DNA of 64,000 nucleotides from NCBI GenBank assembly GCA_038207085.1, contig JBBRAE010000004.1, forward strand, positions 1-64,000, read 5' to 3'. A model generated the notes under the pieces. That model saw only the letters and a program-made list of their open reading frames with translations, did no database searches and had not been told where the DNA came from. A program made the translations under genes and the position numbers. Positions within the stretch are counted from its first letter, which is position 1, and every line of letters begins with the position of its first letter. The DNA comes from Armatimonadota bacterium. GTDB taxonomy: Bacteria > Armatimonadota > UBA5829 > DTLH01. Positions 7,068-17,587 of this stretch are shown here, piece after piece.

Positions 7068-9980
7068 CTAACTCGCAGCCTCAACCTGTTTCTTCTTCTT
7101 CACCGCCCGCTTCTTGCCGTCCTTCTTCCCATTTGACGACTTACACACGACTTCTGACACCCGCTCCCCAAGTATCTCCCTGAGAAACCTTCCCGTGTAC
7201 GACGCTTCGACGGCAGCGATGATCTCCGGTGGCCCTTCGGCTATGATTTCTCCGCCGCCGTCGCCTCCCTCGGGGCCGAGGTCGACTACCCAGTCTGCGG
7301 TCTTGATCACGTCGAGGTTGTGTTCGATCACGAGCACCGTGTTGCCTGTGTCGACCAGCCGCCCGAGGACCTCAAGGAGTTTCTTGATGTCGTGGAAGTG
7401 CAGCCCCGTCGTCGGCTCATCGAGTATATACATCGTTCGACCAGTGCCGCGCTTGGCGAGCTCGGTTGCGAGCTTGACGCGCTGGGCCTCGCCGCCCGAA
7501 AGTGTCGTCGCCGGCTGCCCGAGCTTTACATAGTCGAGCCCCACGTCGTGGATCGTCTGAAGCTTGCGCGTGATCCGCGGGATATGCTTGAAGAACTCCA
7601 GAGCCTGCCCGACGGTCATATTGAGCACGTCGGAGATCGACTTGCCCTTGTACTTCACTTCCAGGGTCTCACGGCTGTAGCGGCGGCCTTTGCAGACCTC
7701 GCAGGGCACGTAGACGTCGGGCAAGAAGTGCATCTCGATCTTGATGATCCCGTCGCCCTTGCATGCTTCGCAGCGGCCTCCCTTGACGTTAAAGCTGAAC
7801 CGCCCCGGCTGATAACCCCTGACTTTCGCTTCGGGAGTCTGGCTGAAGAGGTCGCGGATCAGGTCGAACGTGCCAGTATAGGTCGCAGGGTTGGACCTCG
7901 GTGTGCGCCCGATCGGCGACTGATCGATGTCGATCACCTTGTCGATGTTCTCAAGCCCCGTGATGTCGTCGTGGTTCCCCCAGGCCCGGTGCGTGCCGTG
8001 GAGCGCGTACATCAGTCGAGGGAAAAGCGTCTCCTGAATGAGCGTGCTCTTCCCCGACCCCGACACACCCGTCACGCAGACAAACGTGCCAAGCGGGATC
8101 TTCAGGTCGACTTTCTTTAAGTTGTGCTCACGCGCGCCTTTTAGCTCGATAAACGCGCCGTTCTCACAGCGCCTCTTCTCAGGAATCGGTATCGACTCGA
8201 CGCCCGAGAGATACTGCCCCGTCACCGAGCGAGGGTTCGCCTTGATATCATCAATCGTCCCTTCGGCAACCACATACCCGCCGTGCTCACCCGCCCCAGG
8301 GCCGATGTCGATGATCCAGTCCGATGCGTGCATCGTATCCTCATCGTGCTCGACGACGATGATCGTGTTGCCAAGGTCGCGCAGATGCAGAAGCGTGTCG
8401 ATCAGCTTTCGGTTGTCGCGCTGGTGCAGCCCGATCGAAGGCTCATCGAGAATGTACAACACCCCCATAAGCCCGGAGCCGATCTGGCTCGCCAGCCTGA
8501 TCCGCTGAGCCTCACCGCCAGCAAGTGTCGCCGCCGTCCGGTCAAGCGTCAGATACCCGAGTCCGACGTTTTCAAGGAACCCGAGCCTCACCTTGATCTC
8601 TTTTACAACCTGGTGAGCGATGGTCTGTTCTCGTACGGTCAGGTCGAGCTCCTCGAACCAAGTCTTCGCAGCCGCGACCGACTTGCTCGCGATCTCGCTT
8701 ATGTTCCGCTCGGCGACAGTGACCGCGAGGCTTTCGGGCTTGAGTCTCATCCCTTTGCAGGTGCTGCAGGGGACGGCTGACATGTAGCGTTCGATCTCCT
8801 CTTTGATCATCTCGCTGCCGGTCTCTTTGTAGCGGCGGTCGAGCCAGTTCATGACGCCTTCGAACTTGGTCTCAAACTCCCGCATCCGCCCGTAGCGGTT
8901 CTTGAAGAAGACCGTGACACGTTTGTCGGACCCATAGAGCAGCGCCTTTATCTGCTTGGCCGAAAGCTCTTTGAGCGGAGTCGTAAGCTCAATGTCGTAG
9001 GCCTTCGCGAACCCTTCGAGCATGGACTGGTGGTAATCGCTCGTGGTGCGGGCAAGCGGGATAATCGCCCCATCGGCGATCGACTTTCGCCTGTCGGGGA
9101 TAACCAGGTTCGCATCGAGCCGCGTATGCACCCCAAGCCCATGACACTCAGGGCACGCGCCGTAGGGGCTGTTAAAACTGAAGTTTCTGGGTGCGATCTC
9201 GTCCAGGCTGATACCGCACTCCGAGCACGCGAAGTTCTCCGAGAAGAATAGCTCTTCGCCGTCGACGATATCTATCGCCACGTTGCCGTTCGCGAGTTTC
9301 AGCGACGTCTCAAGCGAGTCCGCGAGCCGCTTTTCGATCTCAGGCTTGACGACGAGCCTGTCCACGACCACTTCGATGGTGTGCTGCTTGTAGCGGTCCA
9401 TCTCGATGTCGTCGGTCACTTCGTACATCTGCCCATCAACCCGCACGCGCACAAACCCCTGCTTGCGGACATCCTCTATCGCCTGCCGGTACTCGCCCTT
9501 GCGTCCTCGGACGATCGGGGCCATCACCTGAATCTTGGTCCCTTCGGGAAGCGCCGTCACCTGGTCGACTATCTGCTCGACGGTCTGCTGAGCGATCTCG
9601 CGGCCGCACTGCGGGCAGTGGGGGAGCCCGATACGCGCAAACATGAGCCTCAGATAGTCGTAAATCTCCGTGACGGTCCCAACGGTTGATCGCGGGTTCC
9701 GCGTAGTCGACTTCTGATCAATCGACACGGCAGGAGACAGCCCGATGATGTCGTCCACGTCGGGTTTGTCCATCTGCCCCAGGAACTGGCGCGCGTAGGA
9801 CGAAAGCGACTCCACATACCGGCGCTGTCCTTCGGCGTAAATCGTATCGAACGCGAGCGACGACTTCCCCGAGCCTGACAGTCCGGTTATGACAACCAGC
9901 TTGTCGCGCGGGATTTCGACGTCGATGTTCTTGAGGTTATGTTGTCTTGCCCCTCGGATGATGATCTTGTCTTGCGTCAT
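7068..9980 (-). CDS. uvrA: Excinuclease ABC subunit A
   Basis: Start reassigned to [18 protein letters not shown] (ATG 9980); two ABC modules ([18 protein letters not shown]) and Zn-finger CxxC pairs. Confidence 0.98.
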   Translation of the reverse strand: MTQDKIIIRGARQHNLKNIDVEIPRDKLVVITGLSGSGKSSLAFDTIYAEGQRRYVESLSSYARQFLGQMDKPDVDDIIGLSPAVSIDQKSTTRNPRSTVGTVTEIYDYLRLMFARIGLPHCPQCGREIAQQTVEQIVDQVTALPEGTKIQVMAPIVRGRKGEYRQAIEDVRKQGFVRVRVDGQMYEVTDDIEMDRYKQHTIEVVVDRLVVKPEIEKRLADSLETSLKLANGNVAIDIVDGEELFFSENFACSECGISLDEIAPRNFSFNSPYGACPECHGLGVHTRLDANLVIPDRRKSIADGAIIPLARTTSDYHQSMLEGFAKAYDIELTTPLKELSAKQIKALLYGSDKRVTVFFKNRYGRMREFETKFEGVMNWLDRRYKETGSEMIKEEIERYMSAVPCSTCKGMRLKPESLAVTVAERNISEIASKSVAAAKTWFEELDLTVREQTIAHQVVKEIKVRLGFLENVGLGYLTLDRTAATLAGGEAQRIRLASQIGSGLMGVLYILDEPSIGLHQRDNRKLIDTLLHLRDLGNTIIVVEHDEDTMHASDWIIDIGPGAGEHGGYVVAEGTIDDIKANPRSVTGQYLSGVESIPIPEKRRCENGAFIELKGAREHNLKKVDLKIPLGTFVCVTGVSGSGKSTLIQETLFPRLMYALHGTHRAWGNHDDITGLENIDKVIDIDQSPIGRTPRSNPATYTGTFDLIRDLFSQTPEAKVRGYQPGRFSFNVKGGRCEACKGDGIIKIEMHFLPDVYVPCEVCKGRRYSRETLEVKYKGKSISDVLNMTVGQALEFFKHIPRITRKLQTIHDVGLDYVKLGQPATTLSGGEAQRVKLATELAKRGTGRTMYILDEPTTGLHFHDIKKLLEVLGRLVDTGNTVLVIEHNLDVIKTADWVVDLGPEGGDGGGEIIAEGPPEIIAAVEASYTGRFLREILGERVSEVVCKSSNGKKDGKKRAVKKKKQVEAAS

Positions 9981-10096
9981 TTCACACTTCCTGATAGTCG
10001 CCCCAAGCCTGGGGCATCGTAATATTTTACCATTACGGCTCCTCAGGAACAAACAGAGCTTTACTATCGGGTGCGTGTGGGGAATATTGCCTGTTG

Positions 10097-10273
10097 GTCG
10101 GGGGAATCCGTCCCCCCGACCCCGTTCCGCGGACTCTGTCCGCCAACCCAATGTTCGACTATGCTCCATAATTGAGCTTGGGGGAAGATTCCCCTGAAAC
10201 GGCATCCGGGGACAGATTCCCCGGACGAACGACGAAAACATCCATTCTTCATCGAACGCATTTCTCGATGAAG
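10097..10273. repeat. Cluster of related GGGGA...TCCCC hairpins plus one further inverted repeat
   Basis: gtcgggggaatccgtccccccgac, gggggaagattcccc, tccggggacagattccccgga and cttcatcga...tcgatgaag lie between the TPR gene and uvrA. Confidence 0.5.
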
Positions 10274-10305
10274 TCAGTTGTGCCCCGTTTTTGGATCGAG
10301 TTGCC

Positions 10306-10668
10306 TCAGGACGCGGGTGCGACCCTGTGGAGCCCTTCGCTTGCCGGCATGTAGGCCGGGTCCATCTCAGCGGCGATCTGATACTGCGTCGCCGCATCCT
10401 TGGCTCGCCCGACCATCTCGTAGGCTTTGGCGAGGTTGGAGTGCGCCCGTGCGCTATCCTCCTCGGCCAGTGCGTGCTCCAGGGCAGCGACGGTCATAGC
10501 CTTGTCGCCCTGCTTGTGATAAGCCGCCGCCATAATCGTGTAGGCAAGCGCGTTTTCGGGGTAAGCCGCGACCACCCGTTCGAGACACTCAAGACACTCT
10601 TCAACATTCCCTTCGCGAAGCAGTTGCATCGCGACATCCGTGGATGGATGACCTTGAAACTTTGGCAT
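10306..10668 (-). CDS. Small TPR-repeat protein
   Basis: 120 aa of TPR-like helices (AYTIMAAAY..., AHSNLAKAY...DPAY); AAGGAG upstream. Confidence 0.8.
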   Translation of the reverse strand: MPKFQGHPSTDVAMQLLREGNVEECLECLERVVAAYPENALAYTIMAAAYHKQGDKAMTVAALEHALAEEDSARAHSNLAKAYEMVGRAKDAATQYQIAAEMDPAYMPASEGLHRVAPAS

Positions 10669-11015
10669 TTCTTAGACACTCCTTCGTAAATGGCGCTTTA
10701 TGCCATTTACGTTCCCATAGTGACGAAGCCCTTGGCGACAGCAGTATACAATACTGCGATAGCTGGCAGTAGCGCACAGTTTGCGCTGCGAGAAGCTTCA
10801 GGCACGATTCCCTGTCAAATGGCAGACCACCATTTGCGTTCCAATCGCGCGAGAGACACCACGCACGATTGCCTGTATTTTTCCCTATAAGCAGTGTTAC
10901 ACGGAAAGGGGGCTTTTGCATACCGTACGGGCGTGATATTTGCGTGAAATGAGGTGGTTAATAGTGGAGAGGGGGCCGTCAGGAGAGATGGTTATCTCCT
11001 GACGGTCTTAGTATT

Positions 11016-12218
11016 TTAGTTATTCTGTCCGCGAAGCGATGCGATCTTGCGGGTCAGCATCGGGACGATCTCAAGGCAGTCACCAACGATTCCGAAGTCC
11101 GCGACCTGGAAGATCGGGGCGTTCGGGTCCTTGTTGATCGCGATGATCGTCTTTGAGCTCGACATACCAGCCAAGTGCTGCACCGCGCCGCTGATTCCGC
11201 AGGCGATGTAGAGCTTGGGGCAGACGGTCTTGCCGGTCTGTCCGACCTGGTGGGAATAGGGGATCCACCCCGCGTCGACAGCCGCGCGGCTTGCGCCGAC
11301 CGCTCCGCCGATCGCTTTCGCAAACGCTTCGATCACCGCGAAGTTGGACGGGTCCTGAACTCCGCGCCCGCCCGATACGATGATGTCGGCGTCGACGATG
11401 TTGACGGTCGACTCAAGCGACTCGATGAACTCAAGAATCTCGGTTCGCGTGCTGAAAAGCGCCTTCTTCGCGGCGACTCGCAAGATTTCAGCAGTCTTGC
11501 CGTCGGTTCGCTTGGCCGAATGTGGGATAACCTTGTGCCTGACGGTCGACATCTGCGGCCTGGTATAGGGGCAGACGATCTCGGCCATGATGTTTCCACC
11601 AAAGGCAGGCCGGGTCTGATGAAGGAGCCCGTCCTCACCGATCTCAAGCCCGGTGCAGTCGGCGGTAAGCCCCGTGTAGAGCTGAACCGCGACGCGTGAC
11701 AGGAACGATCGCCCCGTAGTCGTCGCGCCAGCAAGCACGATCTCAGGCTTCAGTTCCCGGCAGAGGTCGGAAAGCACCCGTGTGTAGCGCTCCGGTTCGT
11801 AATCGACGAGCTCGGGGGCCTCACAAAGGAGCACCTTGTCGACTGGATACTGGGCAAGCTCCGCCGCTGCGGCGTCGAGATCGTTTCCGATGACTACAAC
11901 GCTTAGCTCGCTCTTGGTATCGTCGGCAAGTTTGCGACCGGCTGTGATCAGCTCAAACACGACCGGTGCGATCTCGCCTCTGAACTGCTCGCCAAACACC
12001 CAGACGCCCTTATACTGTGACAGGTCCTCTCTGGGCTGCTTCTCGATATCGATCCTGATCGCCTTGAAGCGGCAGGCTGACACGCACGCTCCGCAGTAAG
12101 TACAGCTGTCGAGCTCGATCGTCGCTAGCTTGTCCTTTACTTCAATGCCGTTCTGCGGGCAGACTTTGGTGCAGAGCGTGCAGCCGTTACATTTTTCCTT
12201 GATGACTTTGATCGACAT
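11016..12218 (-). CDS. etfA: Electron transfer flavoprotein alpha subunit with N-terminal 2x[4Fe-4S] ferredoxin domain
   Basis: CNGCTLCTKVCP and CTYCGACVSAC; GLTADCT, QTRPAFGGN, QVGQTGK, GISGAVQH. Confidence 0.95.
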   Translation of the reverse strand: MSIKVIKEKCNGCTLCTKVCPQNGIEVKDKLATIELDSCTYCGACVSACRFKAIRIDIEKQPREDLSQYKGVWVFGEQFRGEIAPVVFELITAGRKLADDTKSELSVVVIGNDLDAAAAELAQYPVDKVLLCEAPELVDYEPERYTRVLSDLCRELKPEIVLAGATTTGRSFLSRVAVQLYTGLTADCTGLEIGEDGLLHQTRPAFGGNIMAEIVCPYTRPQMSTVRHKVIPHSAKRTDGKTAEILRVAAKKALFSTRTEILEFIESLESTVNIVDADIIVSGGRGVQDPSNFAVIEAFAKAIGGAVGASRAAVDAGWIPYSHQVGQTGKTVCPKLYIACGISGAVQHLAGMSSSKTIIAINKDPNAPIFQVADFGIVGDCLEIVPMLTRKIASLRGQNN

Positions 12219-12219
12219 C

Positions 12220-13017
12220 TTACACGATCTCCATTTCTTTCAGCAGGTCACAGAGCTTGTCGGCAAGCTCGGGGGCCTCACCGGACCACTTCTCGCCGCC
12301 GTCGCGACAAGGGGGGGAGAAGATCTTTATGACCTGGGTCGGCGAACCGATCAGCCCGACCATGTCCGCCACCGCGTCGACATCGGCGGCCTTCCAGACC
12401 TTGACTTCGGCCTTTTTGGCGTTCATCTTGCCTCTGAGACTCGGTGTGCGCGGCTCGTTGATCTCTTTGACGACGGTCAGCACTGCCGGAAGCTTGAGCG
12501 AGAGACGCTCGTAGCCGTTTTCGACGAGCCTTTTGACGACGATCTTCTTGTCGTCGATCTCCTCGATCTGGGCGATGTAGGCGGCCTGCGCGTAATCAAG
12601 ATGCACTGCCATTCCCGGGCCCACCTGGCCCGTGTCGCCGTCAATTGCCTGCATTCCGCAGAACACAAGTGAGGGCTCGAGCTTGGCGCATCCCATAGCA
12701 AGCGCATAGGATGTGCTCCAGGTGTCGGAACCCGCAAAGGCTCTGTCGGAGAGCAGAACCGCGTCATCAGCACCGAGCGCGATCGCCTCGCGAAGCGCGT
12801 TTTCCGCCTGAGGCGGGCCCATAGTCACCACTGTGACCGTAGTCTCCTGGCCTGCCGCGACGAGTCGCTCTTTGACGCGAACGGCCTCTTCAAGCGCATA
12901 CAGATCGAACGGATTTATCTGGGAATCCACCCCTTCCCGGATCAGCGTATGCGTCTCTGGATCGATCTTGACTTCCGAGGTCTGTGGAACCTGCTTTATG
13001 CAAACAGCTATCTTCAA
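12220..13017 (-). CDS. etfB: Electron transfer flavoprotein beta subunit
   Basis: CIKQVP, INPFDLYALE, FAGSDT, QAIDGDTGQVG. Confidence 0.96.
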   Translation of the reverse strand: MKIAVCIKQVPQTSEVKIDPETHTLIREGVDSQINPFDLYALEEAVRVKERLVAAGQETTVTVVTMGPPQAENALREAIALGADDAVLLSDRAFAGSDTWSTSYALAMGCAKLEPSLVFCGMQAIDGDTGQVGPGMAVHLDYAQAAYIAQIEEIDDKKIVVKRLVENGYERLSLKLPAVLTVVKEINEPRTPSLRGKMNAKKAEVKVWKAADVDAVADMVGLIGSPTQVIKIFSPPCRDGGEKWSGEAPELADKLCDLLKEMEIV

Positions 13018-13111
13018 ATCGAAAACTCCTCTGAACTCTGCACTTACTTACAAAGACAACCTCCCCCGGCGATGTGCAGGGGAGGTTGGATGGTTTATTG
13101 CTATGTTTCTC

Positions 13112-14278
13112 TTAGTCCGCGCACTGAGCGGCGGCTGCGATAAGTCCGCGGCCGATCTCTTCGCGCTGGATCTGGTTGGTGCCTTCGTAGATCTGGGTGA
13201 TCTTGGCATCGCGCATATACTTCTCGATCGGGTACTCTCTCATATAGCCGTATCCGCCGAAGACCTGCACCGCGTTGGTGGTGACTTCCATCGCAACGTC
13301 GGAGGCCCAGCACTTGGACATAGCCGAGTACATGGTCGCCTTCTTGGGCTTTGCGCCGTCGATCCATCTCGCGGTCGCATATATGAGCGCTCGGGCGGAC
13401 TCCACCTTCATCGCCATATCGGCGAGCATGAAGCGCAGTCCCTGGTGTGCCGAGATCGGCGCGCCGAACTGCTTTCGCTCGCGGCTGTACTGAACAGCGA
13501 GATCAAGCGCGCCCTGTGCGATTCCAAGGGCCTGAGAGCCGACGCCCGGTCTGGACAGGTCAAAGGTCTTCATCGCTGTAAAGAACCCTGTTCCGCGCTT
13601 GCCGACCATGTTCTCCTTGGGGATGCGGCAGTCCTGGAAGATAAGCTCGCGGGTCGCCGATGCTCGGATACCCATCTTGTCTTCCTTTTTGCCGAAGGTG
13701 AAGCCGGGGGTGTCCTTCTCGACCACGAAGCAGGATACGCCGCGCGGGCCGCGCTTGGGATCGGTCACAGCAAAGACTGTGTAGATCTCGGCTTCCCCGG
13801 CGTTTGTGATCCACTGCTTGGTTCCGTTCAGGATGAAGCTGTCGCCGTCTTCGACCGCGTTGGTCTGGATTCCCGACGCGTCGGACCCTGCGTTTGCCTC
13901 AGTCAGTGCGAACGCGGCAAGCGTCCCTCCGGCGATTCTCGGAAGGTATTTCTGCTTCTGCTCTTCGCTTGCAGAGACCAGGAGCGGCATGGTGCCAAGT
14001 CCCGTAGCTGCAAAGCCGAGGGCAATACCACCGCACGCCTTGGAGAGTTCCTCGGTGACGATGCACATGTTCATAATCGGGGTGCTGTTGCCCATCCCCT
14101 CGTATTTTTCGTCAATGAACACTCGGAAGAGGTCAGCTTCCGCAATAGCCTTGGTTGCCGGCCAGCAAAACTCATTTTTCTCATCATACTCGGCCGCGAG
14201 GGGTCTAACTTTTTTCTCAGCAATATCCCTTGCCACGTCGCGCATGAACTGCTGCTCTTCCGTGAAGAAGTAATCCAT
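13112..14278 (-). CDS. Acyl-CoA dehydrogenase (butyryl-CoA dehydrogenase-like)
   Basis: FALTEANAGSD, NGTKQWITN, QVFGGYGY, ITQIYEGTNQIQR. Confidence 0.95.
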   Translation of the reverse strand: MDYFFTEEQQFMRDVARDIAEKKVRPLAAEYDEKNEFCWPATKAIAEADLFRVFIDEKYEGMGNSTPIMNMCIVTEELSKACGGIALGFAATGLGTMPLLVSASEEQKQKYLPRIAGGTLAAFALTEANAGSDASGIQTNAVEDGDSFILNGTKQWITNAGEAEIYTVFAVTDPKRGPRGVSCFVVEKDTPGFTFGKKEDKMGIRASATRELIFQDCRIPKENMVGKRGTGFFTAMKTFDLSRPGVGSQALGIAQGALDLAVQYSRERKQFGAPISAHQGLRFMLADMAMKVESARALIYATARWIDGAKPKKATMYSAMSKCWASDVAMEVTTNAVQVFGGYGYMREYPIEKYMRDAKITQIYEGTNQIQREEIGRGLIAAAAQCAD

Positions 14279-14425
14279 GTCCGAACAATCCTCCTTAGCG
14301 CACGCTCACGCGGCGCTTAATTATCAATAAGAAATTCACGTAAATATTCCAGGCCAACTCCTTCTATTGTAACCGATGAGCCAGAATACCGTCAAATCTA
14401 GCCTGTGGAAAGGGGGGAGGGGAAC

Positions 14426-14747
14426 AAGTGCAAAATGCAAATTGACGGGATGGGTGGAGGGCGATTGGCCGTACCTCTTGTCGGGAGATAGGTTTCCATC
14501 TTGTTCGATCGTTCGGGAGATTGCTCCCGAATGCAAAGAAGAACGAGGACTTAAGTCCGGGGCAAGGGCTACAGCCGACTGAGCGGGAGCTAAGCTCCCT
14601 TGCTGTTCTTTGCGTGCGCGATACACATCGCACACGATCTGGATCACAGATCCCTCTCTTGCCAACAGGCCTCGGATTGCAAATCCGGGCCAACGTACGC
14701 CCACCAATCTCCCAAATCTCGCCAGTCCCAATTTTGCACTTTGCATT
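14426..14747. repeat. Modular hairpin mosaic repeat, locus 1 (modules A+B+C)
   Basis: Shares A and C with 38989-39266 and the 134-bp B with 45074-45207; imperfect inverted heptad ends. Confidence 0.85.
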
Positions 14748-14833
14748 GCTCCTCCCCAACCTTCGTCCCGTTCACGAAACGATATTTCTGGGCAAAATGT
14801 ACTGTAGACATATCCATAAAGGAGGACCGTTCC

Positions 14834-15190
14834 GTGGGTATTGATGACGAACTGGTGCAGAACGCGGAGTCCACTGTTCGCAGGAGCGAGACGGTGGGTG
14901 AGAGGTGCCTGTACCTTACATATCAGCTTTCAGCGGAGGCGCGGCAGCGGAGTGGGATTGGTGGCACATTTGTGCAGCCGATCAGGTTGCCCCGTCTTGC
15001 GACCGGCATCGAGCTTTCCGGGCCGGGGACGTTTATGACTGAGAAGGGAGAGGTCTACGGCGTGCGCATCGTGTTCAACGAGGTAGGTCGTGATTATCGT
15101 CACAAAAAGACGATCAAACTCCCACATCCGATCGTGAACGTGCAACTCTTGGACCGGGAGCCAAACGACGCTTATCGAGCTGCGGCTTAG
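14834..15190 (+). CDS. Hypothetical protein (118 aa)
   Basis: AAGGAGG 8 nt before GTG 14834; the longer ORF call runs back through the repeat. Confidence 0.65.
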   Translation: MGIDDELVQNAESTVRRSETVGERCLYLTYQLSAEARQRSGIGGTFVQPIRLPRLATGIELSGPGTFMTEKGEVYGVRIVFNEVGRDYRHKKTIKLPHPIVNVQLLDREPNDAYRAAA

Positions 15191-15233
15191 TCTTGTCCGG
15201 GGGAGAGGCGTCTTTCCCCCGGACAAAGAATGC

Positions 15234-15314
15234 TTAGCCCGCTTTATTCGTGAAGCGAATAAAGCTTTCGCTAACAGAGCATTATTCACGCTACTCGTGA
15301 ATAATGCTGGGTAG
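15234..15314 (+). repeat. ~80-bp double-hairpin repeat, copy 1
   Basis: gctttattcg-N5-cgaataaagc plus gcattattcacg-N5-cgtgaataatgc; other copies at 55033-55113 and 56761-56841 (inverted). Confidence 0.85.
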
Positions 15315-15321
15315 AACCGTA

Positions 15322-17571
15322 TCAAGCCGACTGAAGCGACATGATCGACTCTTCGGCTCGTGCGAGTCCTTGTCTAGCCGCCTTGTGACTGCTGTCCAGA
15401 GTTAGCGCCTGCCGGAATGCGAGAACCGCAGCTTCGGTGGCGTGCATCCCGAGGAAGCAGTTTCCGAGCGAGGCGAAATGATCCGGGTCCTCCGGGTTAC
15501 ACTGTATGGCGTTCTGATAGAGGTCGACTGCTTTCTGGTAGTTCCCCATAGCCGCGAGCAGATCGCCTGCTGACACGTAGGCCGGGCCGTAGGTGGGGTT
15601 GCACTCCAGTGCTTTTACGAACATCTCCATCGCATCGCCGACCCTGCCTTCGGAGGCACAGACCAGCCCGATCCCGTGGTGGCCACCAGCAATGTCGGGG
15701 TCGAACTTGAGCGCCTGCCGGAAGTGATCTTCCGCGACGACAAGCTTCCCCTGGGCGACGAAACACTGTCCGAGCTTTGAACGGATATCCGCCGAGTCGC
15801 CACCGAGCTCGATCACCCGTTCAAACTGCTTTCTGGCCTCTGCATAACGCTCCTGACCCAGGTAATACTGTCCCAGAATTACAGCGATGTTTGGGTTGTT
15901 CGACATCGTAAGCTGGACCTTCAGAAGGTGCTTCTCATAGGCCTGCGATCCCCGGGTGTGGTTGAATACCCGAGCAAGAAGCTCCTGGCTTTCCATATCA
16001 TCGGGCTTCATCTCGACCGCTTTTGCGGCGTAACCGTCGGCATGGCGGTAGTCGGTGAGGGCGACGTAGGCCAAGGCTATCGCGGCATAGGCTTTGTACC
16101 CCCATGTGCTTGCGTCACCGACGTAAGAGCCGCTCTGCCCCATCTTGATGGCCGTCTGGAAGTGAACGACCGCCTCTGTGAAGCGTCTCTGCCTGGCAAG
16201 CGTGACCCCGCGAACAAAACTAAGCTGTGGGTGCCGGATTCCCAGCCCGTCGGCCCTTTCGCAGATGGCAATGGTCTGGTTCAGCGCCCCCAACTTGCAT
16301 AAACAAGCGGCGTAGGTGTGATACACCGCCGAGGCATAAAATTCTTCTTTCGGGTCGACGATCTCCGCTGCGCGGCTGAGACACTCTATCGCCTTTTCGG
16401 TTTCCCCTGCGGCAGAGCATGTCTGTCCGAGGTTGTAGAGACAGCGCGCGTCGTCGGGTTTATCGGCGAGGTCGGCTTCAAGCAGCGTGATATAGCGCTC
16501 GTGCTTTCCACGCTCTTTGACGATCTCGGGCTTGTATCCATAATGATGGACAATCGCCTCAAGCTTTTCCACGCGTCCGCCTGCGGCTTTGACTGATGGC
16601 ACGATCGCCTCATGCACCCGCCCTGCGTAGCGGAACTCCGGTCTGTTGCGGAAGAGTCGGCAGGTCCTGTGAGTGCCGTAGTCGGCATTTGGCCCATCGC
16701 TGCTGTAGTTGTAGAAGAGCAGTTCGAAGGCATCGGCATCTGAGTTGATCGCCTTTAAAACAGTGTTGATTGCGCCCCTGTCGAGCCGTTCGTCGGCGTC
16801 AAGCACCAGAATCCACTCGCCGGTGGCCTTGCCGATGGCGAAGTTTTTTGCGTCAGAGAAGCTGTTGTTCCACTTGAACGAATGCACCTCTGCGCCGAGC
16901 GCTCGGGCGATGTCCGTGGTGTGATCGGTCGAGCCTGTGTCGACAACGATCATCTCCGTCGCGACTCCATCCACGCTCTTCAGGCACTCCTCGATGAACC
17001 GTTCCTCGTCCTTTACGATCAAACAAAGCGACAGGGTGGGGTGTTCACCCGGGTTGATCGTTGCTGCGGACGAATGCTTCGCGAGCGCTGAATTGATCCA
17101 GCGCAGTGTCGAATTGATCTCCTCCTGGGTCGGCCCCGACTGAGGTTTGTTCTTTTTCTTTGGCGCGGGCTTGATTGCCTTTGCTTTTGGGCGAAGAGCT
17201 TCGACGATCCGTGCGGCTTCTGCGTTTGTCGGGTCGATCTCAAGCGCCCGGCAGGCGTAACCGGCTGCCTCAAGCGTCCTCCCGTCTCCTGCGAGGAGCT
17301 TCGAGAGTCTGAGGTTAGCCACAAAGCTTTCGGGGTTGACCTTGATCGCGTGATTGTACCAACTGCGCGCCGATTTGCCGTCTCCAAGCCCCTGATAGGC
17401 CGAAGCAATCGCCACAATCATTTCCACGTCGTCTGGAGTACTCTTCAGGGCCACTTCGATATGCGCCGCGGCCTCGATCCATCGCTCTTCTTCGAGCGCC
17501 GCAAGTCCAAGCGCCCGATGATCTAGCTCACTCTTACTATTATCAGCCTGTTTTGCTATTCGCACTGGCAT
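15322..17571 (-). CDS. TPR-flanked family 2 glycosyltransferase
   Basis: LSLCLIVKDEE, VVDTGSTD, WILVLDADE, GRVHE, HYGY core between N- and C-terminal TPR arrays. Confidence 0.92.
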   Translation of the reverse strand: MPVRIAKQADNSKSELDHRALGLAALEEERWIEAAAHIEVALKSTPDDVEMIVAIASAYQGLGDGKSARSWYNHAIKVNPESFVANLRLSKLLAGDGRTLEAAGYACRALEIDPTNAEAARIVEALRPKAKAIKPAPKKKNKPQSGPTQEEINSTLRWINSALAKHSSAATINPGEHPTLSLCLIVKDEERFIEECLKSVDGVATEMIVVDTGSTDHTTDIARALGAEVHSFKWNNSFSDAKNFAIGKATGEWILVLDADERLDRGAINTVLKAINSDADAFELLFYNYSSDGPNADYGTHRTCRLFRNRPEFRYAGRVHEAIVPSVKAAGGRVEKLEAIVHHYGYKPEIVKERGKHERYITLLEADLADKPDDARCLYNLGQTCSAAGETEKAIECLSRAAEIVDPKEEFYASAVYHTYAACLCKLGALNQTIAICERADGLGIRHPQLSFVRGVTLARQRRFTEAVVHFQTAIKMGQSGSYVGDASTWGYKAYAAIALAYVALTDYRHADGYAAKAVEMKPDDMESQELLARVFNHTRGSQAYEKHLLKVQLTMSNNPNIAVILGQYYLGQERYAEARKQFERVIELGGDSADIRSKLGQCFVAQGKLVVAEDHFRQALKFDPDIAGGHHGIGLVCASEGRVGDAMEMFVKALECNPTYGPAYVSAGDLLAAMGNYQKAVDLYQNAIQCNPEDPDHFASLGNCFLGMHATEAAVLAFRQALTLDSSHKAARQGLARAEESIMSLQSA

Positions 17572-17587
17572 TTGTCTACCGTCCTTT

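Noticed and set aside
10140..10273. LexA box upstream of uvrA
   Set aside because: Partial GAAC/GTTC words do not give GAAC-N4-GTTC, CTG-N10-CAG or GTTC-N7-GTTC spacing.
9981..10397. 138-aa N-terminal extension of UvrA in the ORF track
   Set aside because: It runs through hairpin repeats and overlaps the TPR gene; the canonical N-terminus and an RBS are at 9980.
14506..14700. Hairpin string as a CRISPR array
   Set aside because: The hairpins differ from each other, the intervening sequences are what is conserved between loci, and no cas genes are present.
14336..14759. Similar ORFs at 14.3-14.8, 38.8-39.3 and 45.0-45.4 kb as a small gene family
   Set aside because: They are translations of the shared DNA repeat modules in inconsistent frames.
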